IMG/VR virus record: IMGVR_UViG_3300028833_000108
Span: 1 to 64,000 of that record
Reading direction: 5' to 3' (one strand)
DNA length: 64,000 nucleotides
Source: a virus
Taxonomy: Duplodnaviria > Caudoviricetes
Under the pieces are notes generated by a model that saw only the letters and a list, made by a program, of their open reading frames with translations, was not told the origin of the DNA and did no database searches. The translations under genes and the position numbers were made by a program. Positions 55,157 through 64,000 of this stretch are shown in pieces. Positions within the stretch are counted from its first letter, which is position 1. Every line of letters starts with the position of its first letter.

Positions 55157-56650
55157 ATGTCTAACGAAAAAGAACAAAAACCAACGGTGCTTGAAGCAAA
55201 TCTCGCTTTCGATGCTTCGCCCGCTCTTTTTGAGTCAATTATGGCTGAAGGTCCCATCAAGTACGGACTGGACGACGACGGTATCGACATGATTACTACC
55301 CCAGAAGGTGATGAGGTTGTAGACCCTCGTTCCATCATGGATGTTAATGTCAATGCTCCTGTTCAGTCTGGTGCTAGGTTCAATTCAGAAATTGACCAAA
55401 TTTCCCAGGAAGAAGGCGACCAATACATGAGTCAGTTCCAGGACTACATCGAGAATATCCACAAGTTGGAAATCACCGATGATGATATCGATGTTGCTGG
55501 TGCTACTATTCAGATGCTGAACAATACTCGACAGGACGTTGCTGGTTACATCCATCAACAGATTGCTGACGCAACTGCTCGTCTTAGCAAGCAGAACGTC
55601 AACCCTGCTCAGCCTGAAGGTGTTGCAACTGACATGACTGGCGATGACCGTATCCCAAGTGAAGAAGTTCCTGGTGGTATGGACGCTGGCATGGAAGGCG
55701 GCATGGAACTCGGCGAGGAAGGTGCTCCCGACCTTGGCGATGACGGCTTGAGCGAAATTGATACCACGACCCATCTGACACCAGAGGAAGATACTGGTGA
55801 TGCTGGTCTTGGCGATGTCGATATGGGTCTTGGCGACCTGGGTTCTGAACCTGCTGCTGAACCTGCTCCTGAGGCTGGCCTTGATGCTGGTGCTGATATG
55901 GGTCTTGGCGAAGAGCCTGCTGCTCCTGCCGAAGGTGAAGGTGAAGGTGAACCTGCTTCCGAAGAAGGCGCTTCCGACGATGGTGACTACGACCCGTTTA
56001 GCGACCTAGACCTTGGCGAAGGCGAGTCCGCTGGTGAAGGTGAGCCTGCTTCCGAAGAGGAATCCGCTCCAGAAGAAGGTGCTTCCGAGGAAGAACCCGC
56101 TCCCGTAAGCGAAGATGAAGGTTCCGGTGAAGGTTCCGATGAACCCGCTGGCGAAGCTGACGAGGGCGAGGAAAAGGACAAGAAAAGCGAACCCTTGACC
56201 GAATCGGTGTACAAGCAAAATTTTCGTGCATGCCTTGAATCTGTGATTAACACATACCAAGAGCTCTGCAAGCGTCGTGACGCTCAGGCTAAGTGTGAGG
56301 CTATCGTGAATGCGGCAAACAAGAAGATGCTTGCTGAGTCCGTTAACCAGAACAGCCTCAAGGCAAAGTGCGAATCCATCGTTGGTGCTTACCGTCAGGC
56401 AACCGCCAAGACTAAGCTGAAAGCCAAGCTGGAATCCATTGTTGGAAAGTACCGTCAGCAGAAGATGATGGCTGAATCCGTTGCCAACAGTGCTCCCGCA
56501 ATGAACCAGAAGCCCGTCATGAACGAATCTGCTCGGTTTGCAAAGATGAAGGCTCAGTGCGAATCTATCGTTAACGACTTCCGTAAGGCAGAATCCACTG
56601 CTAATACGGCAAAGGCTATTATCGATAGCTACAAGCAGAGCCTCGTTTAA
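55157..56650 (+). CDS. putative prohead core/scaffold protein (very acidic centre, repeated xES motifs)
   Basis: Late promoter; many L/M-x-E-S sites (LFES, LTES, LAES, MAES, MNES); helical repeat K[CL]ES[IV]V..YRQ; high-expression codon bias. Confidence 0.6.
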   Translation: MSNEKEQKPTVLEANLAFDASPALFESIMAEGPIKYGLDDDGIDMITTPEGDEVVDPRSIMDVNVNAPVQSGARFNSEIDQISQEEGDQYMSQFQDYIENIHKLEITDDDIDVAGATIQMLNNTRQDVAGYIHQQIADATARLSKQNVNPAQPEGVATDMTGDDRIPSEEVPGGMDAGMEGGMELGEEGAPDLGDDGLSEIDTTTHLTPEEDTGDAGLGDVDMGLGDLGSEPAAEPAPEAGLDAGADMGLGEEPAAPAEGEGEGEPASEEGASDDGDYDPFSDLDLGEGESAGEGEPASEEESAPEEGASEEEPAPVSEDEGSGEGSDEPAGEADEGEEKDKKSEPLTESVYKQNFRACLESVINTYQELCKRRDAQAKCEAIVNAANKKMLAESVNQNSLKAKCESIVGAYRQATAKTKLKAKLESIVGKYRQQKMMAESVANSAPAMNQKPVMNESARFAKMKAQCESIVNDFRKAESTANTAKAIIDSYKQSLV

Positions 56651-56673
56651 TAAGGACTGCACTAAATTTCAAT

Positions 56674-56704
56674 AGACGACGGATATATGTCCGCCGTCTT
56701 TTTT
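56674..56704 (+). terminator. rho-independent terminator
   Basis: AGACGACGGA-TATATG-TCCGCCGTCT-TTTTT. Confidence 0.7.
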
Positions 56705-56728
56705 AATAGCCTGAAATTCGTACCAGAT

Positions 56729-56737
56729 TATAAACTA
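56729..56737 (+). promoter_or_regulatory. late promoter TATAAACTA
   Basis: Exact motif upstream of gp6. Confidence 0.75.
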
Positions 56738-56761
56738 TTTTTGAAATAAAGGCAGTTTATT

Positions 56762-59362
56762 ATGGCGACTAACATATCTCGTAAATACACTAATATCTCG
56801 TATGATGACATCAGGGACAACTTGTTGACCATCTTTAAGGCTAAGGGTGGAAAGCTGGCCGATTTTAGCACGTCGTCATACGGAAGAATGATGATTGAAC
56901 TTTTCTCTGGCGTGGCCGACCTCATGGCATACTACGGAGAAAGCTCGTTCAATAACGCATTCCTTGAAACTGCCTACAACACCCCAGCAATCTATGCTGG
57001 TGCTAGGATGCTTGGGTACAGCATTCGCAGACCCGTACCAGCAAAAGCGGCATTCGCCATACAGACGAAGAAGACAGGTGTTTACGGAAAGATTAAGATT
57101 TTCATCCCGATGGGAACCCAGTTCAGTATCGGAAGCAGCATCCTTACTGCCGTCACCGACTCCGAATGGGAATACGACAGAAACAACGACCCTGATGAAA
57201 CTGGCCTTTTGAAACTGATATCTGGAAACTGCGTTTGTGCAGAAGGATACTTCAAGGAAACTGTCTTTGTGTCCAACGGTACTCAGAACCAGACATTCTA
57301 TCTTGTCGATGGTGGATTTAGCGACTATTTCGGGGAAAATGACCCCAACTATTCAGAAGACCACAAGTTCGAAAGTAGGAAGAACACATTTACGAGTGTC
57401 ACTACGGATGCTTCCCTTGTAGATAACTTTGATAGCACCGATGCAATCAACGGAAATATCTACTGGAGAATTTCCCGTAGAGGTTTCATTGACCCTGCGT
57501 TGGAAAACAAGGTAAACGACATCGAAGCATTTGTCGAAGGTGAAAACTCGACAACCAACTATACGGTTTTGCTTGAAACTGCAAACGACGGAAGCGTACA
57601 GGTAAGGTTTGGCGACGGTTTGAAATCCGCTATTCCTTACGGAGAAGTGAAGGTTCATTACTTCTACACAAACGGTGAACGTGGAAACCTCATCAACGTC
57701 GTTGGAACGAAGATTAACCCGTACAAGTCCAACATCCATATTCGTAATGAATATGAGAACGAGTCCGATATCAAGCTGGATGACCTGAGCTTCGCTTTGA
57801 CTAGCGACGTTAGGGGTGGCCTTGACATTGAAAGCATCGATTCTATCAAGAACAATGCTCCGTCAATCTATGCTACTTTGGATAGGTTGGTGAATAAGTT
57901 GAGCTACCAGATATTCCTCAGCAGGTATGCGGACATCAAGTATGCAACTGCATTTGGCGAAGACATTCTGAATACTAAACTTCCTGACGGAACACTTGAC
58001 ATCAAGTACATGAACCAAGTTAGGTTCACTGCTATCAAGGACCTTTACAGGTTGAAGGATGACAAGTATTACCCAACAGCACCTGATGAGTATTTCCTCT
58101 CTGGTTTCAAGGTTAACGGATTGATGTATATTTGGCAATACGATAACCAGAAGATGCCTGACAAGACTTGTGCATACAAGTTTAGGGATGCCATGGAAGC
58201 CGCTGTTCAGAATGTGGCTGAAGCTATGGCTCTTACCCGTGGCGGTACGGTTGCTGAAAACAAGCAGATGCTGATGAAGGCTATGCCTACTGGACAGTCG
58301 TTCCAAGACATCATTACTCTCCCGTATGTAGATACGGTATTTGGAGCAAAGGTGACCCCGTATGACTTTGTTGAGGTCGGTAGCGAAATCGACAGCATCA
58401 TGAGGGCCTTGAACCGTCGTGGAATGATTACGGTCGGAGCTGGCTACCACATGTATGTGTACCCAGTTGTTCACAACTATAATATCAAGCTGGAACTTAT
58501 CCTGTATCGTGGTAATAATTTCAGCGACATCAAGGAAAAGCTGAAATACACTGTGTACAAGTATCTCAAGGACAATACCGATTTCAAGACAGGAATTTAC
58601 AGGTCGAGGATTGCATCCTTAATCCATACTTTCCCTGAGGTCGCTGGTGTGAATGTTACCTTCGAGGCGGCCAACGACATGTACGATGGTTTGGATTTGA
58701 CCGACTTGACATGGATGGGTGATGCAACGAGCGAGTATATCACATCTGGCTCTATAAGCAAGGACGGGTTCGAAATCACGCTTGGATATACACACCATGC
58801 TCCTGGTCATAGCTCTGTTACTGAAGACCTTACGTTCCCTGTTCCATCTCAGAATGAAATATCTAATCTCATCAGTGCATACTACAAGCAGTATCTGGCT
58901 ACGACCACTGAGGGAAAATATGTTGTCAGGGACGGTATCAACGAGGATGATGTAGACAAGTTTGTTGCATATATTTGGGACCTTTTGATGCAGTCTATGT
59001 TCAAGTCTGTGTATGCCGCATACAAGGATGCTCGTGGAACGGGCGACCTTGAACGTGCGAATAGGTATTACGACGTGATTACTGCCATCAAGGGATGGAG
59101 CATCACGAAGGAAAACAAGTTGGAGTTCATTGATACGGACGTTATTACTTCCATGACTGAAAAAAACGGAAACGTCATGTATGACTATATCCGCTACGGA
59201 CTGGAATATGTGAAACTCGTTCGAAACATCCTCTTGTACAAGGTTGCAAAGAGCCTTATCGACAAGGATGGAAACATTACGAACTATTCAATGGACAACG
59301 AGATTGTACAGTGCGAGATACATCCCGAGGATATCACGATTTCCTATGACAGGGAAATCTAA
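56762..59362 (+). CDS. gp6: baseplate wedge protein (T4 gp6 / baseplate J-like)
   Basis: SYDDIRDNL..DF..S, AFLETA...ARMLGY, VRFGDG, GGLDIESIDSIKNNAP..YAT.DRLV motifs. Confidence 0.9.
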   Translation: MATNISRKYTNISYDDIRDNLLTIFKAKGGKLADFSTSSYGRMMIELFSGVADLMAYYGESSFNNAFLETAYNTPAIYAGARMLGYSIRRPVPAKAAFAIQTKKTGVYGKIKIFIPMGTQFSIGSSILTAVTDSEWEYDRNNDPDETGLLKLISGNCVCAEGYFKETVFVSNGTQNQTFYLVDGGFSDYFGENDPNYSEDHKFESRKNTFTSVTTDASLVDNFDSTDAINGNIYWRISRRGFIDPALENKVNDIEAFVEGENSTTNYTVLLETANDGSVQVRFGDGLKSAIPYGEVKVHYFYTNGERGNLINVVGTKINPYKSNIHIRNEYENESDIKLDDLSFALTSDVRGGLDIESIDSIKNNAPSIYATLDRLVNKLSYQIFLSRYADIKYATAFGEDILNTKLPDGTLDIKYMNQVRFTAIKDLYRLKDDKYYPTAPDEYFLSGFKVNGLMYIWQYDNQKMPDKTCAYKFRDAMEAAVQNVAEAMALTRGGTVAENKQMLMKAMPTGQSFQDIITLPYVDTVFGAKVTPYDFVEVGSEIDSIMRALNRRGMITVGAGYHMYVYPVVHNYNIKLELILYRGNNFSDIKEKLKYTVYKYLKDNTDFKTGIYRSRIASLIHTFPEVAGVNVTFEAANDMYDGLDLTDLTWMGDATSEYITSGSISKDGFEITLGYTHHAPGHSSVTEDLTFPVPSQNEISNLISAYYKQYLATTTEGKYVVRDGINEDDVDKFVAYIWDLLMQSMFKSVYAAYKDARGTGDLERANRYYDVITAIKGWSITKENKLEFIDTDVITSMTEKNGNVMYDYIRYGLEYVKLVRNILLYKVAKSLIDKDGNITNYSMDNEIVQCEIHPEDITISYDREI

Positions 59363-59371
59363 GGGGCGAAA

Positions 59372-62300
59372 ATGGCAAAGAATCCTATTGCAGTAAATGA
59401 TGGCGGACTTTTCCGCTTCGTAGATTTCATGAACTACGTCCCCGACTTCCTGAAGGAAGAGGAGGACGTTGTTACCCTTATGCAGTTGTTCAGCGACTAC
59501 CTGAACAACGCTTACAGGAACCTTGAAGATTCGACCAGGTTTACGTTTAACTATTTTGCGACCGAGAGTACAGCCAAGGAAATTAAGAACCGTATAGACG
59601 AGTTCGTGAAGAAGCTATCTGCATGTGACAGCAATAACCTTTATGTGTATTACTTGTCGATGCCTAGAACTAATGCCACGTACAATACGACCACAGCGTT
59701 AACTTATATCAAGAACCCCATTTACTATGAAGGTGAGTTTAGTGAAACCATTCCGCTGGATGTGTTCAAAAACATGATGAAGGGAAACAGTAATGGTGAC
59801 CCTTCAAGCGATGGCGATGTTATCTATATCCAGTATAAGGACAATAGCATTTATCCGTATTACATCAACAAGGCTGACAACCTGTTGGTTCTTGACCCGA
59901 TGCGTACCTCACAGGACCCGTTCAAGAATACGCTCAACACGATGATTAACGGCGCACCCCGTGTGATTAAATTCATTCCAAAAGATGTTAGCGAACCGAT
60001 AGTATCATTTATCGGGCAAATTAACAACGCCAATGTGTACAGCATCAAGTTTGATGTCACTATTAACGAGGTGGAGAATGCTCCGTCGAAATACAGGACT
60101 GAAATAGGAACAGACACAATCGATGTGGACTTGTTCAACTACCTTGACGGCACTGATTATGTTTTCGTGGATAATGCTACTCATGCGGACATGTTCGAAT
60201 GGAACGGCGATACGCCTACTGGCGTATTCTATTTCAAAGACCTGTATAACTTTGTCAATGGGGAAAATTCATACATATATCAGGCGTACAGAATAGAAAA
60301 GGTTGAGTTTATTGAGAATGAGAACAGTTCATCTCGCTCTGGCTATGGCTATTTGACACTGTCCAATGTGGTTAACCTCAATGTTGGCGATTCGTTCATT
60401 ATCGAAAGTAACGAGGTTATCGGTACTAGCAACGGTCATAATGTTACTCTGGGTGGTTCGTACACGGTTCTTAACGAACCTTGCGGAAACGTTCTGAAAA
60501 TCAAGTTCAGACAGACTATCGACCTAACTCCTGGTCTTTCCCGTGTAAAGCATATGACAATGCCGAATAGGCTGTACAGGTATTCATTGTCATATTCTCA
60601 TCTTGGTTACGACTATTCTCGTATCACTCCGATAATCGAATGGGACCCAGAGGCATCCTTTAATGCTAATCTGGTCAAGGCAGGCGATACAGTATATCCG
60701 TACAATACTGTTGGTAATAGGAAGATTGGTGAACTGCGTTTTGAAAACATATACAGTTTTGAAGAAGACCCGAATGACAGCAATTCTTACATCCATGTGA
60801 AACCGAAGAATTTTGTTGATATTCCAGAGAGCATTGCAATTGAGGCTGGTGGTCACTATTATTTTGAATATCGCTATAAGGGTACGGGAGACCTGTTTGA
60901 TGACAATGCGTTTGATAACGTGTTTGACCATCCTCTCGCAAGTTATTCTGTATCTGGTGGCCATTCGTATTTTAGACGACTGAAAGAAAATACTCAGTTG
61001 AAGTTCCCTGCAATAGGAACTGGGCCTCAAGACAGCATAGATATAGGGGTGGCAAAATCATTGGTAGTTGATGTGTATGCGATTGAGTCTGCAATGGGTA
61101 TCTATGATGAATTTACTACGGATAATAGTGACGCTATAATGTATAGCGATGTCTGCCCTGATGCTGGTGATTTTTGCCTAATAGCGAAAATTGAACTTGG
61201 TGAAAACGGACTTACTCGAACAGCGGTTAACGAATTGTACACCATTCAGCAAGTTACTCTGATGGACCCCGCTGGCGCAAAGTATCATGTGGTATTCGAC
61301 AAGGATGTACCATTCCTTAATAAAGGAGTATATGAATTCAGCTTTTTGAAAGGCCCGAAGGATAAGTCTAGGGCTGTCCTTGGTGAAGTTGATGTTGCTA
61401 CAAATACTGCAAAGTGCCGCTATCGCTACGAAGATATCTTCACTGCCGACTACTGGATGCCATCTGATGGTTCATATCTATTGAAGTGTGCATACACCGA
61501 TGAATTTGGTGTTGTAATGCACATTTCAAAATATGAGGCAGAGCATGGCTACAATACTGGTGATATGATTTACTGGCCAGATACGCAGTCTGTGTATCGT
61601 GTGGTAAGACCTATTTCCAGTGCAGATACTAAGGATGAGGTGAAGGAAAACGGAGCCATCGTCCCTTACATGTACACTGTTGCGGACATAGCAAGAAAGC
61701 CTATATACAACGAGTACATGGAAGGTATTTTCCGTACATCTCAACTTGAATATGGCGAGACGGTTGACATTAGCCAATATGAAAAGCTGAATGATGTAAT
61801 GAACAGGCTGTTCATTGAAAAGGCTGATGACAACAGGCTGATTTTCGGATGGAAGGATAGGGACTTCCTGATGAACATGTCTACATACAACACTTCTGGT
61901 AAAGCTAGGACGGGTTTCTGTGAGTTCTATACTACTTACGATGAAAACGACATCGTATTGAAGAACATGGAAAACTACTCGGTGGCCAGTACGATTCCAG
62001 GTGAAGGAATAAATCTGAAAGGCCTTTCTAATACACTGACGGTGAATTCCACTAGAATGATAGCAAATGCTATTGAGCAAGGTACGTATCTAGTGGAAGT
62101 GACAGCGGAAAAGCATAACCTACCAGACAAGTCTAAGGTTAGGGTAACAGGAGCAAAGAGCCCTTATGAGTTGTTTGACTTCAACACCCCGCTTAATGAG
62201 TTTGATACAATTACCGTGATAGACAAGGATACATTCACGTACGTACGGCATTCCGATTACGACGAACCAACTGTTGTGACGTATGAGAAGGCTACTATCA

Positions 62301-64000
62301 CTGGATATCGTGACATCTACAATCCGATAACTCGGATAGATTACTACATCACAGACCCTGACGATGAGAAGTACAAGGCTGGCTATCTGTATGTACATAC
62401 CGCATACCCGCATGGATATTCAATCTATACGAAGGTTACTATACTGAATGCACCTACCAATACCGAAAACGATGGATGGATTGGTGAAATTCTAGGAGAA
62501 AAGCACAAGGTCGATGTTATCGTGGATGACTACGTATATGGAATTAAGTTGGATGCTGTTCATGTTCCGATGGAAGGCAAGCAGTGGCTCCATTACGAGA
62601 CGGGCACTTCCCATTCGAACAATCAGCTAGACAACTCGTATTCTATGGTGTCTCCAGAAGATGGCGATGTGTTGAAGGTTGGTGATACGTTCTACAAGGT
62701 AGGCATCATGGATTGGACTGAACTCTCTGGTGATACCATCGAGACGCCGTTCTATCTATACACCCACCAGAACATCATGGACATTACCGCGACTAACCCT
62801 GCTAGTGCCAAGGGTGACGATAACCTGATAGAATCGATAACGTTCGACGGAAACGATACCGTAACCGTTGTTGTACATGACAGGATGGACTTGGTTGCTA
62901 AGAAGAGCTGTGTGTACATCACTCAGGTATACCCGCTGGAATTTGATGGCCGCTACATGGTGGATACTGTGGTTACGCCACGTATGTTCACATACAAGGT
63001 CGTACCTAAGAGCATTCCTGAATTGGCTGGCCGTGCTGTAAACAACAATACGATGACCTGTACGGAAGGAAAATGGTTCAAGTACCTGGTTAGCGAAGTT
63101 ATGGTGAACCGTAAGTCCGTCTATGAAATCTTCAAGTACGGTAAGGCTATTGTTGATTCCATTGCTGATAGGCCGTCTCTGAGTTACGTGGAAACCGAGA
63201 TACCTCATGAATTTGAGGTTGGCACTAGAATTGTTCTGTATGCAAATGAAAAATACTATAATGCCATCGTTTCTACCGTAGTAAACGAAAAGGCGTTCCA
63301 GTACAAGTTTACTGACGGAAGTCCAGCAATCAACGTTCTCGGTGGTTATGTGTTCAAGGGTGTTTATATCCCAGAGAACAACCATATTGACGACGTTGAA
63401 CCTGTTGGTGTGTACAAGCAGTACCTGAATTGCATCGATGCTGAATACGACTTTGTGGAAGGCGACATCGTGTTTGCTTATGACAATCTTCGTGACGACA
63501 TGCCGAAAAGGTATATTGTCAAGCAGGGTCTATGGACACCGTGTTCCGAAAAGCGTATCATGAAAATAAAGAAGCTGGACATCGATAGGTATCACAACAA
63601 CGAATGGGACACGGCAAGCACCGACGAGATGATTGACGAATATGTGTACCATCCATATACCTACCCAGAAGTTGAACGTATGATTGCCGAGGATTTGGAT
63701 AACGGAATTTCGTCATACATCATGCCGTTCCATATCAGAAGCTACAACTTCTCCAGCCCGTATGTAGAGAACCTAGATACGACCGAACAGCCGATGCCGC
63801 AGTTCAATTCGAAGCACGACTATGCGTCTGTTGCACCTAGGTACGACATGGACGACAAGTTCAAGGGAATACCTGATATGAAGTACCCCCTTGTTGAAAA
63901 GCTCGAACGTCTAATTTATCTACGTGATGCCAAGGTTATCGACTATGACCTTATCGGCTACTTGGCAAGGTTCATGGGATATGACATTACTGATGCAAAG
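59372..64000 (+). CDS. giant gp7-like baseplate wedge protein, truncated by the window end (>1543 aa)
   Basis: ATG 59372 (MAKNPIAVNDGG..YVPDFLKE..). Absent from the ORF track, consistent with no stop before 64000. Ends YLRDAKVIDYDLIGYLARFMGYDI (gp7/P2 gpI-like); follows gp6. Confidence 0.75.
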   Translation, partial: MAKNPIAVNDGGLFRFVDFMNYVPDFLKEEEDVVTLMQLFSDYLNNAYRNLEDSTRFTFNYFATESTAKEIKNRIDEFVKKLSACDSNNLYVYYLSMPRTNATYNTTTALTYIKNPIYYEGEFSETIPLDVFKNMMKGNSNGDPSSDGDVIYIQYKDNSIYPYYINKADNLLVLDPMRTSQDPFKNTLNTMINGAPRVIKFIPKDVSEPIVSFIGQINNANVYSIKFDVTINEVENAPSKYRTEIGTDTIDVDLFNYLDGTDYVFVDNATHADMFEWNGDTPTGVFYFKDLYNFVNGENSYIYQAYRIEKVEFIENENSSSRSGYGYLTLSNVVNLNVGDSFIIESNEVIGTSNGHNVTLGGSYTVLNEPCGNVLKIKFRQTIDLTPGLSRVKHMTMPNRLYRYSLSYSHLGYDYSRITPIIEWDPEASFNANLVKAGDTVYPYNTVGNRKIGELRFENIYSFEEDPNDSNSYIHVKPKNFVDIPESIAIEAGGHYYFEYRYKGTGDLFDDNAFDNVFDHPLASYSVSGGHSYFRRLKENTQLKFPAIGTGPQDSIDIGVAKSLVVDVYAIESAMGIYDEFTTDNSDAIMYSDVCPDAGDFCLIAKIELGENGLTRTAVNELYTIQQVTLMDPAGAKYHVVFDKDVPFLNKGVYEFSFLKGPKDKSRAVLGEVDVATNTAKCRYRYEDIFTADYWMPSDGSYLLKCAYTDEFGVVMHISKYEAEHGYNTGDMIYWPDTQSVYRVVRPISSADTKDEVKENGAIVPYMYTVADIARKPIYNEYMEGIFRTSQLEYGETVDISQYEKLNDVMNRLFIEKADDNRLIFGWKDRDFLMNMSTYNTSGKARTGFCEFYTTYDENDIVLKNMENYSVASTIPGEGINLKGLSNTLTVNSTRMIANAIEQGTYLVEVTAEKHNLPDKSKVRVTGAKSPYELFDFNTPLNEFDTITVIDKDTFTYVRHSDYDEPTVVTYEKATITGYRDIYNPITRIDYYITDPDDEKYKAGYLYVHTAYPHGYSIYTKVTILNAPTNTENDGWIGEILGEKHKVDVIVDDYVYGIKLDAVHVPMEGKQWLHYETGTSHSNNQLDNSYSMVSPEDGDVLKVGDTFYKVGIMDWTELSGDTIETPFYLYTHQNIMDITATNPASAKGDDNLIESITFDGNDTVTVVVHDRMDLVAKKSCVYITQVYPLEFDGRYMVDTVVTPRMFTYKVVPKSIPELAGRAVNNNTMTCTEGKWFKYLVSEVMVNRKSVYEIFKYGKAIVDSIADRPSLSYVETEIPHEFEVGTRIVLYANEKYYNAIVSTVVNEKAFQYKFTDGSPAINVLGGYVFKGVYIPENNHIDDVEPVGVYKQYLNCIDAEYDFVEGDIVFAYDNLRDDMPKRYIVKQGLWTPCSEKRIMKIKKLDIDRYHNNEWDTASTDEMIDEYVYHPYTYPEVERMIAEDLDNGISSYIMPFHIRSYNFSSPYVENLDTTEQPMPQFNSKHDYASVAPRYDMDDKFKGIPDMKYPLVEKLERLIYLRDAKVIDYDLIGYLARFMGYDITDAK

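Noticed and set aside
55840-56170. GGTGAAGGTGA..CCTGCTTCCGAAGA repeats
   Set aside because: Encode the acidic EGEGEPASEE repeats of the scaffold-like protein
59860-63385. Minus-strand ORFs in the last 4.6 kb
   Set aside because: Shadows of the long plus-strand baseplate ORF starting at 59372
1-64000. Alternative genetic code (stop-codon reassignment), as in some large gut phages
   Set aside because: Core genes are full length in the standard code, and TAA, TAG and TGA all end genes at expected positions
1-64000. tRNA, rRNA, CRISPR array, integrase, transposase, intron or intein
   Set aside because: Intergenic gaps are short and explained by promoters and terminators; no cloverleaf, repeat-spacer array or intein motifs were seen by eye

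Overview
A 64 kb segment of a large T4-like (Tevenvirinae/Straboviridae-related but highly divergent) myovirus genome, read in the standard genetic code and densely coding. Recognisable T4-type core genes are the Dda helicase, gp55 late sigma factor, gp46, gp20 portal, gp23 major capsid, two NudE-like Nudix hydrolases, UvsW, RNase H, UvsY, UvsX, gp41 helicase, gp32 SSB, gp45 clamp, gp61 primase, gp6, a gp7-like ORF running off the right end, and a 1673-aa virion protein ending in a gp25 domain. Accessory genes include three GT2-like glycosyltransferases, an outer-membrane beta-barrel, an OFA-type MFS transporter, a DHH phosphoesterase, DnaJ, a family-A/TV-Pol-like minimal polymerase and a DnaN-like second clamp. 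Two promoter classes are visible: host sigma70-type TTG(A/C)nn-N17-TAT(A/T)TT and a phage late promoter TATAAACTA (9 exact intergenic copies). The most notable observations are: (1) a perfect chromosomal-type parS palindrome at 23772-23787; (2) a shared ~27-aa N-terminal leader, a candidate capsid-targeting signal, on the two late genes flanking the capsid gene, one of which is a Nudix paralog whose early copy lacks it; (3) a TV-Pol-like gene beside a hairpin-rich intergenic region; (4) host-mimicking replication parts (SSB-Ct tails, beta-clamp-like protein); (5) several apparently inactivated enzymes. The host is probably a Gram-negative bacterium with sigma70/Shine-Dalgarno signals (inference). 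All assignments come from motif recognition by eye; no database searches were run.
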